DNA of 64,000 nucleotides from an uncultured Nevskia sp. (lineage in GTDB: Bacteria; Pseudomonadota; Gammaproteobacteria; Nevskiales; Nevskiaceae), in NCBI GenBank assembly GCA_964458725.1, contig CAYWPB010000001.1:10138-74137 (forward strand). The letters run 5' to 3'. Below the pieces are notes generated by a model that saw only the letters and a list, made by a program, of their open reading frames with translations, was not told the DNA's origin and did no database searches. Made by a program: the position numbers and the translations under genes. Below, piece after piece: positions 41,789 to 51,530 of this stretch (position 1 is the first letter of the stretch; the number at the start of each line of letters is the position of its first letter).

Positions 41789-42641
41789 CCGGAACCCTCC
41801 GGAAGTAGAAGCCGCTATAGGCGGCGATCGAATGGCTGGAAAAGAAGGGGATGTGGCAGGAGACATCGGCGATCCTCCACTGGTCGGCCAGCTCGTATCC
41901 GAGGTCGGCGAAACCGCGCACGAAGTCCGAGCGGTTGAACAGATGATTGGGGCACAGAGCGCTGCCGATGTTCTGCACGGTGACCGCCGAGGCCCGGTCG
42001 TAGACCGGCACCTTGTTGACCAGGATATGGCTGGGCAGGGCGGACGCTCCGCCCAGAATGGAAAATGGGTGTTCGATGAAGTGCAGCGAGCCGCCCGCGA
42101 GCAGTACATCGGCCTGCGCCAGCGACTCCAGCGAGGTGGTGAAGCGCAGGTGCGGCGCGGATTCGCGCGCCGCGATAACCTCGCCGCGCGCCACCACGGC
42201 TGCAACATCGTTCACCAGCCAGGTGAAATCCGCGGCATAAGAGAGATAGCGGCGAAAACCGAAGTAGGAGATGCCGACGTTCCCGCCCCAGTCGAACAGC
42301 AGCTTGCACCGCGGCAGCAGCTGCGACAGCCAGAACATGATGGGGTAGTCGCTCGAGGTGATCCGCAGGCGCTCGTCCTCGAGTCGCAAGGCGGAGGGTT
42401 CATTGTCGTATCCGGTCAGGCGCGTGGCGGGGATCGAGCGGGCGGCAGCCTGGAAATCCGGATAGACCCCGCGGAACATGCGGATCTGGCCGCTGGCACC
42501 GTCGAAGCGGCGAGCGTAAGCGGCGCGCAGGATGCTGCGTAGCAGCGGCACCGAACCGGCCAACTCGGCCACACGCATGCTGCCTCGCGGCAGGCGCAGC
42601 GGATGGAACGTGTTCTTGACGGATAGGGAGCTCATCGGCAC
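41778..42641 (-). CDS. Putative SAM-dependent methyltransferase (TIGR04325-like)
   Basis: FRGVY..F..A, DYP..FWL, DWGGNVG..Y, W.V.DV, G.LHF, TVQN. Confidence 0.7.
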   Translation of the reverse strand: MPMSSLSVKNTFHPLRLPRGSMRVAELAGSVPLLRSILRAAYARRFDGASGQIRMFRGVYPDFQAAARSIPATRLTGYDNEPSALRLEDERLRITSSDYPIMFWLSQLLPRCKLLFDWGGNVGISYFGFRRYLSYAADFTWLVNDVAAVVARGEVIAARESAPHLRFTTSLESLAQADVLLAGGSLHFIEHPFSILGGASALPSHILVNKVPVYDRASAVTVQNIGSALCPNHLFNRSDFVRGFADLGYELADQWRIADVSCHIPFFSSHSIAAYSGFYFRRVPGER

Positions 42642-42822
42642 CGGTGACCTGGAGGCTTCAGTGCAGCTGGAACAGCGGACGACCGAAGCGCGCGCGTCGC
42701 AACACGAAATGCCGCTTGTTGAAGCGCTCGCGGAACAGCATGGGATCGAGCTTCAGCATGGTTCTGACATCGTAATGAGGGTCCGCACCACCCATCTGCA
42801 AGGCTCCATCCCCGATGGATGC

Positions 42823-42865
42823 AGACTGGAGCGGACGCCATTACGGGTCTGTTCGCTTCCACACA
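42823..42865 (-). promoter_or_regulatory. Crp-like box plus -10 element of the methyltransferase-JmjC-wzx operon
   Basis: Minus strand TGTGTG-GAAG-CGAACA-GAC, then CAGTCT 21 nt after the core. Confidence 0.7.
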
Positions 42866-43005
42866 TTGGCGCCCCGATCAGGCGCACCAGCGACCTGAGG
42901 AACCATGCTTTGCTGGGGGCGTTTGCGGCACTGCGTGCGCAGTCGAACGGATCGGCTCCCGGCCCCATGCAATTCTTAAGTCCTCGTCTGCGATGCGGGG
43001 TTTTC

Positions 43006-44202
43006 ATGCCGGGTGACGCGAGGAGGGTCCCGCCCAGCGGCAGGGCTGGTCGAAGCCGGCATATCGCCGCCGGTCGCTACGCACTGGCCGCAGGCATGGC
43101 GTTGATGCTGTGCGTGGTCATCGGCACCTGTAACGGCGCCACGACCGCGTGGCCGGAGTGGAACGCCTTCTCGGATCGCTTCATCGAGCCGGGCGGGCGC
43201 GTTGTCGACCTGACCTTCGGCCGCAAAAGCACATCGGAGGGCCAGGCCTATGGCCTGTTTTTTGCCCTGGTTGCCAACCAGCGGCCGCGTTTCGACGCCA
43301 TTCTCGGCTGGACCTCGCAAAACCTGGCGGGCGGCCACCTCGGAGAGCAGCTGCCGGCGTGGCTGTGGAACCAGCGGGACGACGGCAGCTGGGGCGTCAG
43401 GGACGGCAATGCCGCTTCCGACGCCGACTTGTGGCTCGCTTATACCCTGCTCGAGGCGGGCCGGCTTTGGGGCGATCCGCGCTACGATCAGATCGGCCGA
43501 AAGCTGCTGATGCAGATTCGCGCGCGCGAGATCGTGAATGTCGCTGGAGACCGCCCGATACTGCTGCCCGCGCCGGTGGGGTTTGCGCTCGACCGCGGTC
43601 GCTATCGCATCGACCCCAGCTATCTGCCGGGCTTTATCTTCAGCTACCTGTCCGTCACCGACCCCCAGGGACCATGGCGTGCGGTGTGGGACAACTATGT
43701 CCGGCTGGCGCCCGGTGCATTTCCAGCGGGAATCGCTCCGGATACCCTGATCATCGAAGCCGACGGCTCCGCCGCGCAGGACGCCGAGCGGGGACCGCTC
43801 GGGAGCTACGACGCGATTCGAGTCTATCTTTGGGCCGGAATGTCGGCACCCACCAGCATGGGCCTGCTGAAACAGCTGCGGCCCTACGCGGCGCTGCTCG
43901 ACGAGCATGGCAACCCCCCGGAAAAGATCGATCCCGCAACCGGCGCGGTGCGTCGCGCCGATTTCTCGCCGATCGGCTTTTCCGGCGCAGTGCTGCCATT
44001 TCTCAGCGCCATGGGCAATACCGCGGCGCTGGAGAAGCAGCGGGAGCGGGTCCATCTGGCGCACCTCAAAGCTCGCCTGGGGGAAGCAACCAACTACTAC
44101 GATCAGGCCCTGATTCTCTTTGGAGAGGGCTGGGTCGATCGGCAGTTCGCTTTCGATGCCGATGGCCGGCTGGTGCCGCAGTGGGCCGACAAGAACCACT
44201 AG
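43006..44202 (+). CDS. bcsZ: GH8 endo-beta-1,4-glucanase, BcsZ-like (start uncertain, 43006 or 43096)
   Basis: STSEGQAYGLFFAL, LPAWLW, NAASDADLW.AY.LLEA, PSYLP, YDAIRVYLW, YYDQ.L.LF. Confidence 0.88.
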   Translation: MPGDARRVPPSGRAGRSRHIAAGRYALAAGMALMLCVVIGTCNGATTAWPEWNAFSDRFIEPGGRVVDLTFGRKSTSEGQAYGLFFALVANQRPRFDAILGWTSQNLAGGHLGEQLPAWLWNQRDDGSWGVRDGNAASDADLWLAYTLLEAGRLWGDPRYDQIGRKLLMQIRAREIVNVAGDRPILLPAPVGFALDRGRYRIDPSYLPGFIFSYLSVTDPQGPWRAVWDNYVRLAPGAFPAGIAPDTLIIEADGSAAQDAERGPLGSYDAIRVYLWAGMSAPTSMGLLKQLRPYAALLDEHGNPPEKIDPATGAVRRADFSPIGFSGAVLPFLSAMGNTAALEKQRERVHLAHLKARLGEATNYYDQALILFGEGWVDRQFAFDADGRLVPQWADKNH

Positions 44203-44203
44203 C

Positions 44204-45013
44204 TCACTTGAGGAGGGGCGTGGCAACTCCCGGCGGGAAGCGCCCGGATAGTACCAGCGGCTGTCTCAGCCTGATCTCGGCGTGGCGCAGCAACGCGAAG
44301 ATGCGGGGGCCGCGGACCAGGTAGCGGCGCGCCATCCGATCCGGCGCCTGCAGCAGGCGATAAAGCCACTCCAGGCCGGAACGCTGCATCCAGCGCGGCG
44401 CACGATGCTCACGACCGGTGAGGAAATTGATGGATGCTCCTATGCACAGGGCCAGCCCGCGCGCACGACCGCGGAGCTTGAGTTGCCGGGCCAGGATCTC
44501 CTGCTGGGGCGCCCCAACCGCGAGGAAGCAGAAGCGGAACGGGCTGTGCGCCTCGACGAAGCGCAGGCAGGCCTCCACCGCATCCGGATCATGGATGAAA
44601 CCCATAGGCGGGTTGTAGTGGGCCAGATGCCGAAGACCGTACCGCCGTGCCAGATCGCGTGCCTGCTCGTCGCTGCCGCCGATGACGACCAGACTATCCT
44701 CCGCCGCGATGACCTGCGAGAACAGGCGCTCGGTCAGATCGCTGCCGGTGCACACCGGCAGCCGCTTGCCCTTAGTGATGCGGACGACGTGCGACAGGAA
44801 GCGGCTGTCCAGGAGCACGTACTCGGCGTCGGCGTAGAGATCGCGGAAGCTGCTGTCGTCATGCAGGCGCAGCAGGTGATCCGCGTTCGGCGTCACCACA
44901 TAGCTGTAGCGGTCTTGCCCGAACGACGAGGCGATGCCGGCGAAGCTGCCGAGATCGAAGTCGTCGACCTGGCACAGTTCAGTTGACGGATGCACCCCCA
45001 CCTCCCCCTGCAA
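44204..45013 (-). CDS. WecB/TagA/CpsF (GumM-like) glycosyltransferase
   Basis: VVTPNADH, DS, GSDL, PP.GF, VGAPQQE, CIGAS..FL.G...RAP.WM...GLEWLYRL. Confidence 0.92.
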   Translation of the reverse strand: MQGEVGVHPSTELCQVDDFDLGSFAGIASSFGQDRYSYVVTPNADHLLRLHDDSSFRDLYADAEYVLLDSRFLSHVVRITKGKRLPVCTGSDLTERLFSQVIAAEDSLVVIGGSDEQARDLARRYGLRHLAHYNPPMGFIHDPDAVEACLRFVEAHSPFRFCFLAVGAPQQEILARQLKLRGRARGLALCIGASINFLTGREHRAPRWMQRSGLEWLYRLLQAPDRMARRYLVRGPRIFALLRHAEIRLRQPLVLSGRFPPGVATPLLK

Positions 45014-45098
45014 GGCAGGCTCGAATACGCCTGGCCGGGAGAGCCGGAGCGGCGTACAGGAAACGTCGCGACAACGTTATGAAGCGCCTGCCGGACGG

Positions 45099-45134
45099 GT
45101 CTGTACGTCGACGCACTCTGTGCGCGGGCAGACA
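45099..45134. promoter_or_regulatory. Tandem Crp-like boxes upstream of the WecG-type gene
   Basis: TGTACG-TCGA-CGCACT (45102) and TGTGCG-CGGG-CAGACA (45119), 17-nt period; minus-strand TAACGT lies 22 nt beyond the first. Confidence 0.65.
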
Positions 45135-45207
45135 AAGCGGGGCCGGCAAAAGCCAGTGCCTCCGGCGATAACCACGTGCGAGAAGTGCCGGCGCGCGCGC
45201 ACCCCAA

Positions 45208-45226
45208 TGTGTGATATCGCACAGAC
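45208..45226 (+). promoter_or_regulatory. Crp-like box upstream of the beta-barrel gene
   Basis: TGTGTG-ATAT-CGCACA-GAC; GAAAGT 22 nt downstream. Confidence 0.7.
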
Positions 45227-45344
45227 CCGATGCGGGCGCCGACGGGAAAGTGAACCCAGTTCGCGCGACCCGTCGCTATCGCTGCAGAGTTGTTGGGGCA
45301 GAGCGTGGCGACAACGACGCAGGTCTTGCCAAAAAGGGGGGCAG

Positions 45345-46628
45345 GTGACTCACCGAAGCAGGAACGAACCTGTGGCGTCGCGCGACGCCCCCCGGAAACC
45401 GCGCGGGCGCTCTTGCCGCGGGTGGCTTGCTCCGATGCTCCTCGCCGGATCAATCCATGGGTCGGCCCTGGCCCAGTTCCACCTTGTGCCGGAGGTGTCG
45501 GCCCAGGCGGTCTACGATTCCAATGTCTTCGCGCTGCCCAGCCGCGACGAGGCCGTGGCGCAAAACGGCGACGCGCGCCGAAGCGACACGGAATTCCGCT
45601 ATATCGCCGGAACAGCGGCCGATTATCAGTGGAATATCCAGAAGGCCTTCGCCACGATCGAAGGCCGCCGCTTTCAATACGAGCATTTCGATCGGCTCAA
45701 CCATGACGAGTTCCTGTTGACCGGCGGGCTTATCTGGCATATCGGCGAAGCAATCGACGGCGTGGTGGACTATCGGCAGGAGCGGACAATGGCCTCCTTC
45801 GCCGACGTGCAGACACAGCAGTTGACGATGCAGCGCGAGCGCAAGGCGGGGGCGACGTTCAATGCCCTCGTCGCGCCGGAGTGGCGTGTCGAAAGCGGCC
45901 TCCAGAATCGCCGCCTCGCGTTGCCGCTCTCGGATACCCCCGACTTTGCACTGACCGAAAACTCCGTCGACGCGGCGATCAAGTACCTTGGAGTCCAGAA
46001 ACTGTCCGCCGGGGTGAGCCTGGAATACCTGTGGGGCAGTTATGACGGCGGCGCGAGCAAGGACGAGTTCAATCAGGAAACCGCCGAGGCCACGGCAGAC
46101 TACGTCGTCAGCGGCCTGTCGACCGTTGGGGCAAAGCTGGGTTATACCCGGCGTCACGGACAGGCGGGCAATACCGAGAGCGTCTCCGGCATCACCGGAT
46201 CCATCAGGTATTCGCGCCGTATTTCCGGCAAGACCTCGACCGATGCGGAGCTGTTCCGCCAGGTGAACAGCTATGTGGCGGGAGCCAATGCGGTGACCGA
46301 TACCGGCGCAAGGTTTGGCCTGTCTTGGCAGCCGACTTACAAGATCACCACGGCCCTGCGTTATGAATGGACCTACAGCGAGTTCCAGGATGTGGGCGGA
46401 GTGAGCGCCGGCCGCAGGGACCACTACCAGTCCGTGCAGATGAACCTGAGCTACCAGCCGGTGCAGTGGTTGTCGATCAGGCCGTTTGTCGGCTATCGCG
46501 ATCGCCATTCAAGCATCGAGAGCGACGGCTTCAACGACTTCACGGCGGGCATCCAGGTGCTGCTGCGTTCCGGCAATCTGATCGCAGGCGACGGTCCGGC
46601 CCAGGTGTCCGGAGGATCGCAGCGGTGA
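45345..46628 (+). CDS. Outer-membrane beta-barrel of EPS export (EpsL/ExoB-type), start uncertain (45345 GTG or 45435 ATG)
   Basis: Signal-like LLAGSIHGSALA, YDSNVF, alternating beta strands, Y.DR.SS; located in the EPS cluster. Confidence 0.72.
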   Translation: MTHRSRNEPVASRDAPRKPRGRSCRGWLAPMLLAGSIHGSALAQFHLVPEVSAQAVYDSNVFALPSRDEAVAQNGDARRSDTEFRYIAGTAADYQWNIQKAFATIEGRRFQYEHFDRLNHDEFLLTGGLIWHIGEAIDGVVDYRQERTMASFADVQTQQLTMQRERKAGATFNALVAPEWRVESGLQNRRLALPLSDTPDFALTENSVDAAIKYLGVQKLSAGVSLEYLWGSYDGGASKDEFNQETAEATADYVVSGLSTVGAKLGYTRRHGQAGNTESVSGITGSIRYSRRISGKTSTDAELFRQVNSYVAGANAVTDTGARFGLSWQPTYKITTALRYEWTYSEFQDVGGVSAGRRDHYQSVQMNLSYQPVQWLSIRPFVGYRDRHSSIESDGFNDFTAGIQVLLRSGNLIAGDGPAQVSGGSQR

Positions 46629-46698
46629 CGGGTCGCCTGGACCAGCCGTTACGCATTCGGGCAGCCGTGCCCGAACCGGAATTTCCATCGGAGGCATC

Positions 46699-47940
46699 AT
46701 GAGCAACTGGACCAGTCTCGCGATTATCGGCGCCGGCCCATACGGCCTGTCGCTTGCGGCGCACCTGCGCGACAGGAACGTCGACTTCCGCATCTTCGGG
46801 AATCCGATGTCTCTCTGGACCGCGCACATGCCCCAGGGGATGCAGCTCAAGTCCGAGGGCGATGCTTCGAATCTGTACGAGCCTGCGGGGGCTTTCACGC
46901 TCAAGGCCTATTGCCGGGAGCGCGGCATCGCGTACCAGGATTCGGCAATGCCGGTCGACCTCGACACGTTTTGCCAGTACGGTCTGGAATTCCAAAAGCG
47001 GTTCGTCCCGCAGCTGGAAGTGCGGCAGGTCCGGCGAGTCTCCCAGAGCCCATCCGGATTCAACCTGCTGCTGGATGATGGCCAGGTGGTGGTGGCCGGA
47101 CGGGTGGTGGTGGCGGTGGGGGTCGGCTATTTCGCGCATATGCCGGAGTGCCTTGCCGGCTTGCCCGCCGAATACTGCTCGCACAGCGGGGCACACAGCG
47201 ATCTGTCTTCATTCCGCGGACGCGACATCCTGGTGGTCGGCGGCGGCGCTTCCGCGGTGGATATCGCCGTCCTGCTACATGAAGCCGGCGCCTCGGTGCG
47301 GCTGATGGCGCGTGCTCCTGCACTGGACATCCACCAGGCCCCGAGTGGCAAGCCGCGCCCGTTGTGGCAGCAGCTGCGGCACCCCAGGACCGGCATCGGC
47401 AACAGCTTGCGCTCGTGGTTGCTGGTCAAGGCCCCGCTCGCCTTCCATCATCTGCCGGAACCGGTGCGCTTGCGCATCACGCGTCGGCACCTGGGCCCAG
47501 CCGCCGGGTGGTTCATGCGGGAACGACTGCTGAGCCAGGTGCCGACGCTGTTGGGCTGTTCCTTGCGCAGTGCGGATCTTTGGGAGGGGCGGGTTCACCT
47601 GACCTGCCACTCGGCCACCGAGGGCCCCATGAAAGTCAGCGCAGATCACATCGTCGCCGCGACCGGCTATCGCGTGGAGATCCAGCGCATGGACTTCCTG
47701 GATCAGTCGATCCGCGCTGAACTGCTCGCGGTTGAGCAGACACCCATCCTGAACTGGTGCTTCGAATCGTCCATCCCGGGGCTGCATTTTGTCGGCCCCG
47801 CGGCGGCAAACAGCTTCGGGCCGGTCATGCGTTTCGCCTATGGGGCGGGATTTGCCGCCCGCCATCTGTCGGCGTACCTCCGCAGCATCCTGTCGCGCCC
47901 GGTTCCGGGAATATCGGGAGAGCTTCGTCCGGGGGTATAG
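46699..47940 (+). CDS. FAD/NAD(P)-dependent oxidoreductase
   Basis: IIGAGPYGLS (FAD), MP.GM.LKS, VVGGGASA (NAD(P)H), ATGYR, FESSIPGLHFVG..AA.SFGP.MRF. Confidence 0.88.
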   Translation: MSNWTSLAIIGAGPYGLSLAAHLRDRNVDFRIFGNPMSLWTAHMPQGMQLKSEGDASNLYEPAGAFTLKAYCRERGIAYQDSAMPVDLDTFCQYGLEFQKRFVPQLEVRQVRRVSQSPSGFNLLLDDGQVVVAGRVVVAVGVGYFAHMPECLAGLPAEYCSHSGAHSDLSSFRGRDILVVGGGASAVDIAVLLHEAGASVRLMARAPALDIHQAPSGKPRPLWQQLRHPRTGIGNSLRSWLLVKAPLAFHHLPEPVRLRITRRHLGPAAGWFMRERLLSQVPTLLGCSLRSADLWEGRVHLTCHSATEGPMKVSADHIVAATGYRVEIQRMDFLDQSIRAELLAVEQTPILNWCFESSIPGLHFVGPAAANSFGPVMRFAYGAGFAARHLSAYLRSILSRPVPGISGELRPGV

Positions 47941-47953
47941 AGCGGCGGTTGCC

Positions 47954-49297
47954 TCAGCTGCGCACGGCCGCGCTGGTGCGGTTCGGCACGCTCGATTCAC
48001 GCACCGTGGCGGACGGTATCCGGCTGATCCAGGGGCGAAGCCCTTCCCTGATGCGAGCGAACAGGCCGCGCATGGCCCAAGGGCGCGCCAGGCAGTCCTT
48101 GAGGAACTCCATCTGCTCCCAGGGCACGTCGTGATGAGCGTGGTGCAGGTGAGGGCTGGCCGGATCCCGATGCCATTCTCCGGGAAACATGGCGATCAGA
48201 TCCGCCGGGATCGGCGGGCGGACCTGTGCGACAACTTCTTGCCGTAGTCGGCACAGCAGGGCTGCCGGCAGATCGTGCCCCGGGCCCAGCGGCAGGTGGC
48301 ACACCGGAGTCGCGCGGGGATTGACCTCGATCAGATACGGATGGCCGGTGCCATCCTCGAGGATGAAATCGAAACCCCACAAACCCGACAAGCCGAGGCG
48401 ACGAACCAGACATTCGGCCGCCGCCGACATGTCCTGGTTTTCCAGCACGCGCACCACGGTGGCCGGGCCGGTGGCATGCAGTGTGGTCACCGCCTCGACG
48501 CTGATCCCGGCCAGCACCTCTCCCTGCCAGCAGGCCACCGCGCGATTGGCCGGCGAGCCGGACACAAACGCCTGCAAGGTGCGCTGGCGTGGCCGCTGCG
48601 CCAGGCTGCGCAGCCAGGTGCATAAGTCGCGATCCTGAATCGCCCGGAACAGGGACTTGATCGCGGGCGGCCGCCGCGCGGCGGCGTTGACGCGGACAAG
48701 GTCCTCCGTGCAACGAACCATCGATACCCCAAGGCCGCCCCAAGTCTGGTCGAGCTTGATCACTGCCGGATAACCATGCCGTGAAACCCACTCGCCCAGG
48801 ACCTCGCCATCGCCCAGGTCGCGGGTTTCCGGAACGCGGATGCCGGCGTCGCGGGCCAGCGCCATCAGTTGCGCCCGGTGCGTGGCGTAAGCGCACGCGG
48901 ACGGCATGCCCAGAGATCGCCGGATCAGCTGCTGCACCCGGTGCGCCGCGGGATCGGCACTGTTCAAAGCATCGTGAAGCTGGCTCAGGGTCACCGCCGC
49001 GTCGTCATCGCAGGGAATGATCAGGTCCGCCGGTCGCGCGGCGATGGCCCGCAGCAAACCGGCTTGCCACCGCAGCCCCGGCAGCCGGAAGGTCCGGCCG
49101 ATTCCCTTGATCAGCGCCACTGGATGACCGCGTGGACACAGCGCGTCGACTTCGCAACCCAATTGCAGGAAAGCGATGGCCAGGCGGCCGGCCATCGGCC
49201 AGCGCAGGGTCGCGAACAGGAGAACCCGCGAGCGGGCAGGGTGCTGCAACAGTCGTCGCGATACCGCATCCGCTGCCAGGGGCTCCCTTCCGTCCAC
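47954..49297 (-). CDS. ATP-grasp domain protein (start GTG 49297 inferred)
   Basis: IIPCDD, GI.VP.T, YPAVIKLD.TWGG.GV, Q.FV.G, GFDFI, YLIEVNPR; RBS CAGGAG upstream. Confidence 0.82.
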   Translation of the reverse strand: MDGREPLAADAVSRRLLQHPARSRVLLFATLRWPMAGRLAIAFLQLGCEVDALCPRGHPVALIKGIGRTFRLPGLRWQAGLLRAIAARPADLIIPCDDDAAVTLSQLHDALNSADPAAHRVQQLIRRSLGMPSACAYATHRAQLMALARDAGIRVPETRDLGDGEVLGEWVSRHGYPAVIKLDQTWGGLGVSMVRCTEDLVRVNAAARRPPAIKSLFRAIQDRDLCTWLRSLAQRPRQRTLQAFVSGSPANRAVACWQGEVLAGISVEAVTTLHATGPATVVRVLENQDMSAAAECLVRRLGLSGLWGFDFILEDGTGHPYLIEVNPRATPVCHLPLGPGHDLPAALLCRLRQEVVAQVRPPIPADLIAMFPGEWHRDPASPHLHHAHHDVPWEQMEFLKDCLARPWAMRGLFARIREGLRPWISRIPSATVRESSVPNRTSAAVRS

Positions 49298-49418
49298 TTC
49301 GGATACGCTCCTGTTCAAGTAGGCCGCTGTGCCGCAAGACGGCCGGCAGCCGCCGCGGACGGGATCGGACAGCCGGGTACGGACGCGTGTCGCCCCGGGC
49401 GCATCGTTGCGCGCCGGC

Positions 49419-51161
49419 TCACGCCGCACTCGCAACCGGCGTGATTTGCGGCACCACCTCCACCACCGGCCCGGTAACCGAGGTAATGGCGCGTGGCGCG
49501 CATACCTGCTTGAGGTGTTCGGCCAGCCGCAACGACAAGGCCACCACGGTCAGGGTGGGATTGGCCTGGCTGGAAGTGGGGAAGGTCGCTGCACCCGCCA
49601 CAAACAGATTGGCTATCCCGTGGACGCGGCAATCGGGATTGACCACACTGGTGTGCGGATTCGTGCCCATCCGCGCGGTGCCGATATGGTGGCCGCCATA
49701 GGCGCCGTAGCGGATCATTTCGGCTTCCAGCGTGGCCGGGTCGTAGTCGAACGTGCCGAGCTTGCAGCGGCGCAGCTCCGCCGCCAGCAGTTCGATGGAA
49801 CGGCGCACTGTTTCGATGTCTCCCTCGGAGTAGCGCCAGTCGACGCGGATGCGCGGCATCCCGAGCGCATCGTCGTCGGTGCCAAGCGTCACCCTGCTGG
49901 ACGGATTGGGCTCCTGCTCGGCGTGGAAGTCGAGGCTGTAGTAGTTCGCCTTCGGGCGCACGATCACCGAGGGGAACTTGCGCTCGGCGAAGGTGCGGTG
50001 ACGTATCCAGTGCAGCAGGAACGCGGCGGTGTCGTAGGAATCGGAGGCGACGTTGCCGACGTGGCGCGCCCATGTCAGGAAGTCGGCGTCTTCGTCACCA
50101 TGCAGGCGCTTGCCGTACTCGTAGGGAATGATCGCCTTGGCCAGGTACAGCAGCGACAGGATTCCGGTCCGGTGCGAAGGATCGGTGATGCGCGGATGAT
50201 GCAGGCGCGCGATAAAGCTGCCGATCTGCGTGTGCCGCTGTGCTTCCGCGGTCAGGGCGAGGCGGCGGCGGCAATAGATGCCATCGCGTGAGACGTCATA
50301 GCCATGCCACACGTCCTGCGGCTGGTTGAAGGCAAGCCTGCCCACGGTGCCAGCGATGTGACACATGTAGTAGCGCCCGACCAGGTCCCGATCGTTGCCG
50401 ATGCCGTGCGGCTGAACGTCGCGACTGGCAAGCAGCAGGCGCGCCACCTCCAACCCGCCGGCGGCAAGGACGAAATGATCGGCATGGACGGCAAAGGTCT
50501 TGCCGGTGAGTGTCCGTACCGTGGCGGAGCCGACGCGCGTGCCCTGGTCGTTGAGGTTCAGGGAAGTCAGATTGGCGTGCAGCAATACGCAGACGTTTTC
50601 CGCTGCGCGCAGGCGATCGGCATAACGGGCACCGAAATCGGTGGGCCGGCTGAAACGCTCCAGCGTATCCTGCGTGAAGGCGGAGCTGTTGAAGCCGCGG
50701 ATCATCGGGCGCAAGCTGTCGAATGCCTCCCGAGCGCGGTAGGCGAAGGCTCCGGCTTCGCACAGCTCGTTGGCCTTCACGTAGTGCTGTTCCAGCTCCT
50801 TGCGGCTGAATGGCCAGCCGCTGTAAGGAACGTAGGGACGGGCCTCGAAGTCGATTTCGTCGAAGGGAACACAGCGGCCTCCCCAGATCGTGGTGGAGCC
50901 GCCAAAACGCCTTTGACGGTATCGATCGGGCGGGCTGTGCAGCGCGGTACTGGCTACCGAGCCCGCATACAAGTCCTGGGTGTCGGCATCCGCTTCGAAT
51001 CCTCCGGATTCGAGCACCATGACCTTGATCCTGGAGCCAGCCAGTTCCAGCGCCATCGCGATGCCGGCTGCCCCGGCGCCGACGATGCAGATGTTGGTGT
51101 GAAAGCACTGGCCATCCGGAAGGTCGTTGGCTTCAAGCATTGTGGAACCCCATGGGGGCAT
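49419..51161 (-). CDS. GMC family FAD oxidoreductase
   Basis: CIVGAGAAG, LESGG, FGGSTTIWGG, LAAGGLE.ARLLL, EQ.PN..SRV.L, HH.GT.RMG, ANPTLT.VAL. Confidence 0.9.
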   Translation of the reverse strand: MPPWGSTMLEANDLPDGQCFHTNICIVGAGAAGIAMALELAGSRIKVMVLESGGFEADADTQDLYAGSVASTALHSPPDRYRQRRFGGSTTIWGGRCVPFDEIDFEARPYVPYSGWPFSRKELEQHYVKANELCEAGAFAYRAREAFDSLRPMIRGFNSSAFTQDTLERFSRPTDFGARYADRLRAAENVCVLLHANLTSLNLNDQGTRVGSATVRTLTGKTFAVHADHFVLAAGGLEVARLLLASRDVQPHGIGNDRDLVGRYYMCHIAGTVGRLAFNQPQDVWHGYDVSRDGIYCRRRLALTAEAQRHTQIGSFIARLHHPRITDPSHRTGILSLLYLAKAIIPYEYGKRLHGDEDADFLTWARHVGNVASDSYDTAAFLLHWIRHRTFAERKFPSVIVRPKANYYSLDFHAEQEPNPSSRVTLGTDDDALGMPRIRVDWRYSEGDIETVRRSIELLAAELRRCKLGTFDYDPATLEAEMIRYGAYGGHHIGTARMGTNPHTSVVNPDCRVHGIANLFVAGAATFPTSSQANPTLTVVALSLRLAEHLKQVCAPRAITSVTGPVVEVVPQITPVASAA

Positions 51162-51267
51162 CTACAGCGCAGTGACGCGAGGCAAAGGGCCCTCTGGTTT
51201 GGGTGGTCAAGCGGCATCCCCGGATATTGGCTTGGCCAGTCGATTTGATAAGGGAAGAACGCAAGTG

Positions 51268-51286
51268 GTCTGTTCGCCCGCTAACA
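51268..51286 (-). promoter_or_regulatory. Crp-like box facing the GMC/ATP-grasp operon
   Basis: Plus strand GTC-TGTTCG-CCCG-CTAACA. Confidence 0.6.
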
Positions 51287-51366
51287 TTGCGCGGAGGCGG
51301 ATGGAGGGGCCCGTGAAGCGGTTCACATCCGCTGCGTCCGGCGTCCGCGGCGGCCATCGTGCGATC

Positions 51367-51427
51367 TGTTCGATCGCAAACTGAGTGCGACGGCGAACAG
51401 ACGCCCCTGCGCGCGGCTCCCTAGCTT
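51367..51427 (+). promoter_or_regulatory. Tandem Crp-like boxes plus -10 element upstream of the priming glycosyltransferase
   Basis: TGTTCG-ATCG-CAAACT (51367) and AGTGCG-ACGG-CGAACA-GAC (51384), 17-nt period; TAGCTT 22 nt after the second. Confidence 0.68.
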
Positions 51428-51530
51428 AACGGCATCGCAGCACCGGATGGTCATCGACGGTGGCGCACCGCTTCTGCGGTGCAGCTTCCCGCATGCCAGC
51501 CTCTACCGTGAAGTCGGGGGTACTGAGCGG

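Noticed and set aside
40859-42208. 449-aa version of the second JmjC ORF
   Set aside because: The upstream part overlaps the methyltransferase; GTG 41788 has a clear RBS
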